A stretch of DNA of 64,000 bases, taken from NCBI GenBank assembly GCA_026026165.1, contig JAPEUD010000001.1:558001-622000 (forward strand). Reading direction: 5' to 3'. The position numbers and the translations under genes are program-made. The notes beneath the pieces are model-generated. The model searched no databases, had not been told where the DNA came from, and saw only the letters and a program-made list of their open reading frames with translations. This DNA is from Sarea resinae (taxonomy: Eukaryota). Below, piece by piece: positions 26,189-37,438 of the stretch (position 1 is the first letter of the stretch; every line of letters begins with the position of its first letter).

Positions 26189-29100
26189 ATGATTTGGTAC
26201 CTGTTGTACCCATTTCGCGGGTATGCTGCTCTTCCGTTCTTCCTCACTCTCGTGCCCCGTCTGCCTTCAACCGCCACGGCGGCCACTTTCGCCTTCACTC
26301 TCGTTTTCATCGTCAAGATGGCTAGCTAATCTCTGGCAACGCCCTCCAGCACGACTGAACCCCCGGTACTAAGCCCCGACCATCCAATCCGGAAGCTCTT
26401 CTTCCGTCACGGCTCATCAGCAGCACGACATCCACTATTATCGATACTCATCTCAGTCGCAATCGGGATCATCCTCTGCTATCCCTTTCCTTTCCTCTAT
26501 GCAAATCCGAGCACAGGATCCCCAAATCTTCCACATCACGTATGGACCTCCGCACGTTTATACGGGGGCGACCCCGACACCCCGGCCGATATCGAGGTCA
26601 AGCAAGCTTGGGTGCATGGGAGTTATATGAGGGCGCTGGAGCCAGAAGTACTTCAAGAGGCGTTGACGATTCAAGATGGTCTTCTTGGGCCAACCGAAGA
26701 CTATACCCGTTTCCTCTACGACGCTGAGTCCCTCAACAACAGCTTACCTGAGGTGAAGAGGGCAGCTGACGAAGGCGCTGGTCGGGATCTACATCGGCTT
26801 GGCGCGAACGAGACGAATTGGTTTTTCCATTCTCCTCTTATGTATTGGGACTGTTCGTCCTCTGCCATAGCTCAAGATGGAAACATTGTAGAGACCGTCA
26901 ATTACGAGGGTGGCCGTCGTACTACGCCTCAGAACACCACCCTCCGACCTACGATGGTCTTCGCGGGCAAGTCCTTTAAAGACGATCGCATAGTCGCTGC
27001 CGATGCTCTCGTGATTAGCCTTTTCTACCGACCTGATACCGAGGTGGGCCACGATTGGGAAGAGCGAGTTCAGGGGCTTATCAAAACCTCTGATGATCGA
27101 TGGACCCTGTTCTCCAGCGAGGGGAAGTCTCCCCGCAGTCGTCTTTATGAATATCGCTTCCAGCCGATGAGCTTCCAAGACGACTTCTTCCTGGCTTTGG
27201 CCTATCTGGCAATGGCGCTCTATGTCGTGTCAAGCCTCAAGCGGCTGAGCGCTGTCAAGAATAGGATTGGTTTGATAGTCACGGTCATCACGCAGATCAC
27301 GACCTCAATTCTGGCCAGCTTCACCATCTGCGCTTTTCTGAATATCGACCTCTCTGAAATACCCCGAGAGGCATATCCATTCGTCGTGTTTGCAATTGGA
27401 TTGGAGAACATGTTCCGCTTGATCAACGCGGTGCTAGTGACATCACCGGAAATGCCGACATCATATCGGATTGCAAATGCTCTCGGGGATATTGGCCATC
27501 ATTCCATCGCAGCCGCCGCCCAGAATCTTTTAATGCTGTGGCTATTTTCTCAGCTAGTTTCGCCTGGTGTAGCTGCCTTCTGTGCCTTTGCGGCGGTAGC
27601 TTTAGTGTTCGATTTCTTTTTCCATCTCACTTTCTTCGTTGCGGTCCTGAGCGTCGATGTCCGCCGGATGGAGTTACAAGACTCTCTGGATAGGATCACC
27701 ATTGGACAGTATGACAAGTCCGAATCATCTCGGCTGACCTGGAAAGACGCCTTGTTTCAAGGCAATATTCCATTTAGCACCAGGATCGCTGGGACGGCCA
27801 TCATGATTGCCTTCATCGTAGCCCTTAATTGGCACTTTTTCGACAACGACAATCCTTTTCAGACGTTTTCACGACTACTCAGGTTGTTCCACTCATCGGG
27901 AGACCTGGATGACCCTGATGGCACATCAATCATGCCGTCTCGCCTGAACCCCGCAAGGAGCCCCAACGCGTGGTTTCGGCTTCAGGGTCATGATACGACA
28001 AAGGAGTTTATGCGACTAGTCAAGCCTCAGGCTCACAGTTTCATTGCTCGGGTTTACGATCCTTTGGTTTTTGTTCTCGATGGGGCCGACCGTGCAGATC
28101 ACGCAACGCCCGGACAGCGCTTCTACCATGTCTTCTTCGAAGCTGTGGAGGAACATCTTCTGCCCTTCTTACTTTCATTTGTGATCATCATTGCGGGAGT
28201 CACATTGTTGATGAATTTCATGCTCTGGAACGAAATCATCGATGACGTGTCCGGTAGTCCTGATGGTGATGAGCCGGGCTTGAATGTCAAAACCGTCTTC
28301 AGAACGCACGAATTAGATGTGGTTTTGCTTGCAGCTTGTCCCAAGGGCACTTGGGCGTCGGTCGGTCTGGACCGTACGATCTGCATTTGGTCTCTTCGGA
28401 ACCCTGTTGGTCGCGCAGAACGCCAGGTTATTTCGGGTCCAACAATGAATCCCCTCTGGCCTATTGTTGCAGCTGCTCTTCACGAGTCTGGGGATTGGCT
28501 GGCGGTATGCTCTTATGCGGGCCGTATCGCTATTTGGAGTGTCTTGGAACGTCGTTTTGTCTACTCGATGATGGTCGACCTTGCTAGAGAGAAGCCATGC
28601 TCATTCTTCTTCGCACCGTCTCAGCAAGAGATTCAGGGAGCTCAGGATCCGCGGCTGATACTCATTCGACCTGATGGCTGGATGGCGGATATGGACTTGC
28701 GCTCTGGCGACTCGAGACTTCTTCAGATCTGTAAGAATCGACTGGTGTGTGCCCAAGTCATCAATACGCCCAAATCTCCATTACGTATCATCACGGCATC
28801 AAGAAGCGGGTGCATGCATCTGGCCTCGAGAACCCCGACGGAATGGATATCCGATCACGTCGAGGTCGAAGAGCCTCGTCTCTTCAATGGCAAAATGCCA
28901 CGAGTAAAAGCAGTCTTTCCCATCCCCGCTCTCGGCATGATTCTAGCAGTCAAGCTCTGCGAAGTCGACCTCATCGATCTTCAATCCCGTACTGTATTGC
29001 GCACCTTTCAGACCGGCCAAGTCAAGAACCAAACCCTCCGCGCCCTTCACTCCATCCGCCGCTTATGCCCCGCTTGTGGTGCTCCAGGGGTTGCCTCACT

Positions 29101-29869
29101 CTCCATCGTCTACACTGAAGCTGAAACCCAGAATTGCATGCTCCACACCTTCACCCCCGGCCGACCTGGTGCCCTGATCTGTCTCCGGCCGGATCGCGCC
29201 GGCCGCGGCTTTAGCTGCGTCGGTATTGAATCTACCAGCGAGTCCCTGCACTGGGTCGAGAATGCCAATGTCTGGGAAACTACCAGCATCAACGCCGTCC
29301 TAGGTGTGCGAAAACGGCCGTCTGTGGATACCGACTCCTCGTCCGGCGGTAACAGTTCAGACCGCGACGAGTGTAGCCTCGGGAGCAGCCTGCGCCGCCG
29401 CCGCAGCAATCAACGCCCGCATAAGTACCTGGGCCCGCCGCGCGGCGAGGTCGAAGACGTCTGGGAGGCCTGGACCATGTCTGCCTCGGGCGAGATCACG
29501 ACGACCTTACTGGCCGAGGACCACAATCTCGCCCTCACGCACGCTACTAGTATGGACGGGAAGAGCAAAGCCTGCGACAACAGCGGCTTTACCAGGAATT
29601 CGCCAAGCGCAATGACGGCGACGACGACGACGAGCTCAAAGACGATGGCTACCTCGGGCGAGGAACTTCTCGTGTCCCACGCCGGCCCCATCGTCCGGCT
29701 GGGCGCCCGCTCCGTGGCCGTCGGCTTCGGCAATGCCGTCAAGGTCGTCATGTTCGGCAACGAGCGCTTCAGCGACTGTGGCAGCGCCGAGGGCGGCGCA
29801 TACGAGGACCTGGAGTTTGCCGCGCTGGGACATCGTCGACGCACGACTGGGAGGCTCAAAAATCTGTGA
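26189..29869 (+). CDS. SCP1: SREBP cleavage-activating protein (sterol-sensing domain plus WD40)
   Basis: Exon 1 26189-26220 (MIWYLLYPFRG), intron 26221-26349, exon 2 26350-29869 in frame with ORF 26612..29869. Sterol-sensing domain (IGLENMFRLINAV; VLSVDVRRMEL) followed by WD repeats (SVGLDRTICIW). Confidence 0.92.
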
Positions 29870-30634
29870 AGTTTTCTGGTTTTTTTTCTTTTTTCCGGGA
29901 AGGGGAAGGAGGGGGGCCGGGAGGGGTTTGGGGCGCTGTGGCACTTTTCAAGCTCTGATTTGGCTGATGCGCGCTGGTGTGCCTGTATCTTTTTTTTCCC
30001 CGTTGCTGTGAGGTTTCGTCTTGTGTATTTGCTGGCTGCAGGATGTCGAGTGCGCTGTGTGATGGGCTGCGGGAGTGGGAGCGGGAGCGGGCGTAGGAGT
30101 GGGAGCTTAGGAAATGGGGATCTGGGACGTGGTGGGTGGGGTAAGGGGGTTAAGGGGGGGAGCAAATCCAATCAAATGGGGGGGATAAGCGGCGTTCCTC
30201 TCACTTTTGTCTATCTTATCTATTCAACTGAATCATATTGAACTGGATTACTATATATTCTTTCACTTTCCTTAGTGACTCAAGTGGCTGGCCGGGTAAG
30301 CAAGGAAAGTTAGGGCTCGAGTATTGTTCAGTGTGTGTGTGTGTGTGACTGGGTGAGAGAGAGGGGGGCGGGGCGGGGGGAGGGTGGATTATTTTGTGTT
30401 TCGAAGGGAAAGGCAAGGAAGGGTTCGATAATCGGTCTCATTGATTCAGCTCCACTTGGATACTTGGATCTATCTATCTATCCTCGAGCGTCCGTGGCGT
30501 GCGTGGCGTGCGTGGCGTGCGTGCGTGCGTGCGTGCGTGCATCCATGCATACAAACCAGCTAGCAGGAAGGGACAACGTAAAAAGAACAAGGGGGGCCCC
30601 CCACCTCATCATCAGAGGAGAACCGAGAAACGCT

Positions 30635-33583
30635 CTACCAGCTACTGCCTACATCACCACCACCCCACGAACCATCCTCGAACTTGCCGTCGTCCTTGGC
30701 AGCGTTGTTGTTGTTGTTGTTGTTATTGTTGTTGCTGCCGCCGTCCCTGAAACCAGCGTCGTCGCGGCGCTTGGACTTGTTTTCAGGTTTGTTGTCGGCC
30801 GTGGGATGGTCGATGGTACTATTGTCAGCATTACTAGCGCTAGTGCCACTGCCAGTGCCAGTGCTGGTATTGCCATTGCCATTGCCAGACTCGGCCTTTG
30901 GCTTCGGAAAGGCTTGGAAGATGTCGTTGGGGATCTCGGTCTGAGAACTGAGGCCAGGGCTGAGGCTGGAGCTGGGGCTGGAGATGTTGGGATCCTGATA
31001 GCCGTCTTGGAAACGGAAACGGAATGGGTGGCCGGTGGCTGCGTTCTCGATCGTGATCGGCTGAGCAGGGATTGGCTGAGCAGAACCAGGAGCCTCGGAC
31101 GGCGTGTTTGTGGTCTGCGGGATGGCAGAGGCCGCTTGCAGTGGTGGCAGGGCTGCTTGAGAAAGATGATCCATTCGCGGGTACGCTGAGGCTGCTTGGG
31201 CCGCTTGGAATCTCCGATATGCTTGGATCCGCTGAGCTTCGTGGGCGATAAAGGCGGCGTGAGACGAGTGAGATGCCGGAGATGGTTGGAATGGCTGAGC
31301 TGTCTGAGACGCTTGAGAAGGCAATTGAGATGATTGAGCTGCTTGGTCTCGCTGAGTTGCCTGAGACAGAAGATCGGCCTCGGCCAGTTGAGCCTGTCTC
31401 TTTCGAAAAGCGATTTCCAGTTGAGCCATGGAATTCAGCTGGGATAACTGGGCCGAGTGATGGGTTTGTTGACTGGCTTGCTGGACGACTGGAGTCGGCT
31501 GCAATGGTCGATCACCTGCGGCAACTGTCCCGGCTTGTTGGTTTGAGCGAGACAGTAACGCGCTCTGCAACGAGTCAATCATCCGCTGCGACCGCTGAGC
31601 CTCTTGCTGCAGCTGCCTAACCTGTTGCTCTGAGACTTCTGCCCGTATCTGCAGGGTGCTCTTCTGATTCTCAAGCGAATTCACATGGCTTCTGAAGGAG
31701 CTGAAGAAGCTGTCATGGTGTTTTTGTATTGCCTCATGGTGAACTTGCTTGGCTTCCTGTGCTTGCTCCAGTGCTTCATGCTTCTTTTCCAGGGTTCCGT
31801 GCTCCACCTGGAGAGCATCATACTTGTCTTGCACTGCTTGACGTTCCGAAGGTTGGTCGCAATTATCTCGCGCCAGAGCATGATACTCTCCCTTTAGTAG
31901 TGCATAGTTTCTCTTTACTGATGCATATTCTGCCTTCAATTCTTCATGCTCCTGCGCCAGGCTGAGCTTTTCCTTCTCCAGATCGTCGTAGTCGAGTTGC
32001 AGCACGTCATGGCTGTCTTGCAGATCCTCGTTTCCTTCCTGGACCAGGTCTGCTCGAGCCCGAATCTCTTCAGCTTGATCCTGGTACGCTTTAACCTCTT
32101 TCTGCAAATCTTTAATTTGACCCTCCAATTCGCGAAGCTGAGCACATGACAGAGCCTCAATATGTGGTCGCTGGCCCTCAATATCTGCTCGGACTCCGGG
32201 CAAAGGAGCTCGGGTGTCTGGCGCAGCACTGGCGTAACGTTTAATCCAAATTTGCTCTTGTGCTAGCAGCTTCTTAGTAAATTCATCCTCCTCAGTGGTC
32301 TTCCAGATAGACATTTTTAGGTCCATTCGGAGTTCGTAGTCGAGTCCTTCGTAAGCACGTACCCAACCTTGATCTAAATCATTATGAGGGAGGACCTTCT
32401 TAAGTAGACGTGTCATCTCCGTGAGATAAGTCATGACACTCCTCCCCTTGATTACGTCTTCGACAGTGAACTTCATAGCATTGACACGTTGCTCCCAATT
32501 GTCCCCCAATGCATTGTCGAAATATCGAACAAGAGTATCTATCCATAGCTCAAGACTTAGCCCAGACGCGAGGGTTTCTCGCTCAGTATCGCTCAATTGA
32601 TTGCGATACCAGTCCCAAGCTTCGCCGAGAAGACATTGGTGGAGGTGTCGACATATTTTGTCATCGCCCAGACTAGCTGCCTTTGCTCGAGCCTGTTCAG
32701 TGAACATATGAACGTCGTGAAAGACCGGATAGCCAATTTCAGCATAGGTAAGCCTCCAGCTGGATTGGCCTGCCAAAGCGGGGGCGAAGTAGCCAATCAA
32801 AGGCGCTTGGAAATCAATATCGGCCTTGGGTGGTACAGTTGTTGGCTGCAGTCCTTTACGAGGAACGCCAATGGTCTGCTTCATAGATTTGCCGATCTCA
32901 GTGTTTGTCACTGGGTTGTTCTCAGACACAGGCTTATTCTCAGCTTTCTTTGAGTCGAGCTTGGCTAGTCAGTCGGTCAGCTGTAACTCACTAGTATCTC
33001 TGGAGGAAAGTTTCATACCTTTGACTCGTTGAACCCATGACGAACGCACCATAGAAGACCCATCTGAAGCAAAATAATCATCTACATGCTTGGTTAGATA
33101 TACCTGATTCGCATCATGTCACGGCGAGATCATACCTTCAGTCCGGTCCAACGCGAAGTCTAAACGTTGCATCAACCTATCCTCAAGGTCCTCGATCTTT
33201 AGGGAATTGATGCCAATCACTCTCTCACTAATCAACTCCATGAGTCGATCCTCCAAGGCCTTCATCTTCTTCGCATTCATGTCGAGTGTCTTTTTTGCAA
33301 TCTTTTCGGCCATCCTCGCCGCTAGATTCTCGACTTCGTCGGCTACCGTAAACGCATCACTCTGCTGTGTTTCTGTCTCTGCCACGGAGATCGACCAATC
33401 AGACGTCAGCTGACGTTGCTCAGGCCCATCGCGATTGTTGTTAGTGCTGGCCGAGGTGGCAGTGGGCGTGTCGATGTCGATTTCTGAAGACTCATCGTTG
33501 GTCCAATCATCAGATTGGTAACTCTCTGGGTAGTGCCGGCGAGCCGCGGGAGAGTGGTAAGAGCCTGTTTGAATAGAAGACAT
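30635..33583 (-). CDS. Gag capsid-like domain / coiled-coil / Q-N-rich protein, about 940 aa (candidate domesticated retrotransposon gag)
   Basis: Exons 33583-33136, 33063-33019 and 32964-30635 splice in frame through two phase-1 GTATGA..YAG introns. Segment 32800-32230 (IGYFAP..FHDVHMF..LHQCLLGEAWDWY..WIDTLVRYF..AYEGLDYELRMDL) resembles fungal Ty3/gypsy-type Gag. Confidence 0.75.
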
Positions 33584-34862
33584 CCTCAAGGAAGAAGCTT
33601 AATGTCGTGTGATGACAGCAAGGTGGGAGTAGGGGGAAAGGATGGAGAGAGCGAAGAAGTTGCAGGATGAGAGGTAAAGGTTCCAGAACGCGCGATGCAC
33701 TTATGCGTGAATGGCGACAATCAGGGCAGTCACTGGTAGGAAACAGGCGTGAGGTTGATGAGCCAGAGACAGAAGTTCAGGTAGAGTAGTGAACAAAGCT
33801 GAAGAAGTGGATGGTCAAGCAAGTTGAAAGAGGGAGAATAAGTTGCTGAAAGAGACCAGAGGCAGATGAGAATAATAACTGGTCAAGTGGTTCAGACCGA
33901 TCTTATATGAAGTCGTGGTAGGAAGACCTAAGCGTGAATAAATTCTCTGTTGGAGCCTCGAGGTGCATTGACATCCAGTGAGTGAAGGACACCAGGCAAG
34001 CTTTCCAACAGCAGGGTGTTTCAGCTAAAGCATTCATTCCGAATTCGACGAGGGTGATAGTGAGGCTGCAGACAGCTAGAAGATCTTCCTAAGTGCAAAG
34101 TGAATGAAGAAAGCATCGATTATTAGTGAACTCTACAGGTGTTCGTTCAGCCTCAGTATGTAAGCAAATCAGAACCAAAGGTTGCAGTGAATCCAATGCC
34201 ATGTATCAATAGTTGTGGTAATGCAGTCAATAGAGAACTTCAGCGCCTCTTTCTATTAGTTCTTTTGACAGACTGCTTTCCCAAAAACCCCGAGGGTGAG
34301 GAGATCTGGAGTCACTATTGCACGATGATGCTCGAATACTAGATACCCGTGTCAGATTAGGTAACGTGATAGCATCTCTAGTGGTGTAATCTCGGGCGGT
34401 GTTGATAGTGATGGTGACGGTCGAGGGATATCAAAATGCTATTCTCCCAATACTCGCATGCCGTACCAGCTCTCACGTTTCTCCGGCCTCATGGAAGTAG
34501 AGGAGCAGGCCGGGGCCCAGCCTAGATACCCCATCGCTGTCAAAACTTTCTCCTTTACTTTGCGGAACTCAGTCATTGTTCTCATGCCTGTGTGTGGAGC
34601 TTTGAGATGGAATACCATGATTGATACGTACTGGGTGAAACCCCCTATTCTACACCATTCGTAGCTGGCTTTTGAAACATCCCTATTGCTTTCGCCTTTC
34701 GCCTGTCGCCTTTTCTCCTCCCGCAAAAAAATTTTGAATCCGCAACCGTCAAGTCCCAATATCCATGTCCAGTATGCCTGCAATGAACGCTCATAAATGT
34801 GAGGTCAAGCACCAAAGAGCAGAGATCAAGCACCATCAGGTAACAAGAGATAGCAAGCCGCG

Positions 34863-36280
34863 TCATTCAGTAGCAGCGGCAGGAGAGGTAACCGAAATGG
34901 GGCCTTCTTCCACGATATCGAGGTCTTCAGGCTTGACTCCTTTTCCACCATCCCCGACGCCATCCGCGGCTGGATCACCGTTTGCGACATCGCCATCAGC
35001 AACATCGCCGATAGGGAGATCCTCGTCAGTAGCGACAGCTCCGTCGCGTCGAAACCAAGGCACCTCCCCACCGTCAGCGATGGCCATTGGCAGTCGCCGA
35101 ACAGGCAAATCCTCCTCAAGTCTCAGCTTCCGCTTCCTTCTCCTGCCTACCACTTCTGCACCATCCTCGCCATCATCCACAGCATACTGGCCCCTGCTTA
35201 CTGCCGCCGCCAGCTCCGCTTCCAACACATTTGCCAGTACGAGCTCCTTGGCTTGCCATTCTTGAAGCCTTTGCTTCTCGAGAACTTCGACCTCTGCTCT
35301 GAGGGTTGTTGATTCCTGTTCGGCCCAATGGACCTGGCGGCGGAGGAGGCGATATAGCTGCGAGGGTGGCATAAGCGATTCAGCTTTGGTGAACTGGCAG
35401 TCGGCGGGCCAGTCCCAAGGAGATGGACGATCGTCAGCCGTGGGAGTGTTTCCGTTTCCGTTGCGCAGTGGCGATGGACGGTCAGATGATGCTGATCGCT
35501 GAGCGTTCTGTGGGGGACGAGTCGTAAAGATGAGCTTGAGGCGCTGGTTCTTGTTCGGCTGCTGCTGCTGTTGTTGGGCAGTTTGGTGGTGCTTAGGCAC
35601 CGGGTCTGATGGACGTAGAGCTTCTGTCTCATGGACAGTGCGCATGTGTTTTGCAAGAGCATCAGAGCGGGTGAACGAGCGATCGCACTCTGTAATTGTC
35701 TTAGTTTCTATAGAGATAATATTCGCGATAGCAGCTCACCTGGCAGAAGGCAAAAGAACGGTTTCTCTCTTGTATGACTCCTCATGTGTGCGCGCAGCGC
35801 ATATCCACTAGCATGCGGCATACCCTTCCTACTACACTCTTCCCACTCGCACGAATACTTCTTCTGCCTCACACCAATATGATCATCATGAATATGTGCG
35901 ACCAGATTGTCCATGTTGCCCATTTCACCAACAGGACAGCCATCCCAACGACAAATAGTGACTTGTTCATGGCCAGAAGGCTCCTCATCGCCGCCCATCG
36001 TGACAGTAGCAGTGATCGGTGAGCCAGGGACGTCACCTTCTGTGTCAGTCGAGATGTCGGTTTCCGTGTCGTGGTCGTCATTGTCAAGGACAGAGAGTGA
36101 GGCTCGCTGATCCCATGAAGGGCCACAAGTACGCTGGCGCTTTGCAGGCGGCATGCTGGGAGCGTCGAGGCCGGTTTCTGGGGCATCGGAGCTGTTCTCG
36201 AAGTTGTCTTCAGCTTTGAGGTCGTCGTTGAAGTCCTCAGAGGACAGCGAAGAGAGTGATGAGCCAGGTGATTCGGCCAT
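34863..36280 (-). CDS. IEC1: C2H2 zinc-finger INO80 complex subunit (Iec1-like)
   Basis: 2 exons (intron 35739-35690). Three GLI-like fingers: CRWDGC..HIHDDH, CEWEEC..HMRSHTREKPF, C..ECDRSFTRSDALAKHMRTVH, then LRRQVHWA..EWQAKELVL. Confidence 0.88.
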
Positions 36281-36283
36281 GGT

Positions 36284-36343
36284 TGCGGAGGAGCGTGCGG
36301 AGGAGCGTGTGGAGGAGCGTGCGGAGGAGCGTGCGGAGGAGCG
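36284..36343. repeat. 12-bp minisatellite (TGCGGAGGAGCG) x5 directly upstream of the Iec1 ATG
   Basis: Five tandem units, one with a single substitution. Confidence 0.92.
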
Positions 36344-37174
36344 TGGCAGCAGTGAAGCCAGTGAATGAGTAGACCGTGATCTTATGTGTCGATTGCCCAG
36401 GTTGCTGCCTTTGCTGCTCGTGCAGTTATTGTCTTTCTGACGCTGGAAGGTATGGATCCCTTCGTTAAACTGGAGCTGAGTGTAGATCCCCTACGTATTG
36501 CGACGCGGGCATGTTGTGCAGTTTCCCTATCCAGCCTCGGGCTCGGCCTTGGGGGGCTCTTTTTCAAACAAACATTTATGGATTAGTCAACTCTGTTTCC
36601 TTATTCTTAGGCATTGTTCTCGCCGGAAGCTGATCCAAGAAATTGTGTCTTTATATCACTTGTCAATTTATCGCGATAGTCAAAAGCAAGAGCCACTAAA
36701 GGTCAACAACAAGGCAATGTCTATTCGTCTGAACAATACGTTCAGCAACAACCGCATTCTATTTCAGCCTGGATAGGGTAGAACATTGATATACAAAGTG
36801 TGTTAAATATACTACTATACCACGTAGGCTTTCTTTATTAACTTCTGCTGAGCACCTTTGAAAAGGAGGAGAACTGAAAGCTAGCAACAAAGGAACCATT
36901 GGCATGCTGCCTATCGATATTCGGCAACAAGAGGATTCTACTGAAAAATAATGCTGAAGCTGAACAAGACCTAGACAGGAAGATGCTTACTTTAGACAGT
37001 ATCGATAAGAGCTTTAGCTGTAGACTTCTTAAACTGCTTATTAGCTATAAAAACAGAGAAGATAGCCTGCATTAGAAAGTATTTCTCACTAATTCTCCCC
37101 CCCCTTGGTCGAAATATCACCAGTTCTAGCACTCTCAACTGACTTCTAGATCTACTACTATCATATTCAGCAAG

Positions 37175-37438
37175 ATGTGGTTGGGATTGGCTCCGAAGCA
37201 CAATTGCGGCCACCAGGCCACCAAGACCATTGATACGCAATGCGCGTCTGGATTTGACGAGGACACCCAGTGCTGTCTAGGTGCCGGTTTTGTGGCCTTT
37301 GGTAAGCCCGAAATCGATGGAAAATGCCGCGACTGCTTGGCTAGAGAAGCTGCTGAAGCGCTTTTGGGGCTCCGCGGGCCCACCCGCTCTTCCCCATGGC
37401 GTCGTTTCCTTGGCTCTCGTCACAGTCATCGGGGTTAA
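37175..37438 (+). CDS. Candidate small Cys/His-rich orphan protein (87 aa)
   Basis: TATAAAA at 37046-37052, CAAG-ATG start context, pattern CGH..C..CC..CxxC. Confidence 0.4.
   Translation: MWLGLAPKHNCGHQATKTIDTQCASGFDEDTQCCLGAGFVAFGKPEIDGKCRDCLAREAAEALLGLRGPTRSSPWRRFLGSRHSHRG

Noticed and set aside
30335..31189. 284-aa plus-strand ORF antisense to the gag-like gene
   Set aside because: Starts in microsatellite DNA and mirrors the low-complexity tail; a shadow ORF.
36780..37165. TpA-rich stretch as a second RIP relic
   Set aside because: Weaker signal and equally consistent with an AT-rich promoter for the 37175 ORF.
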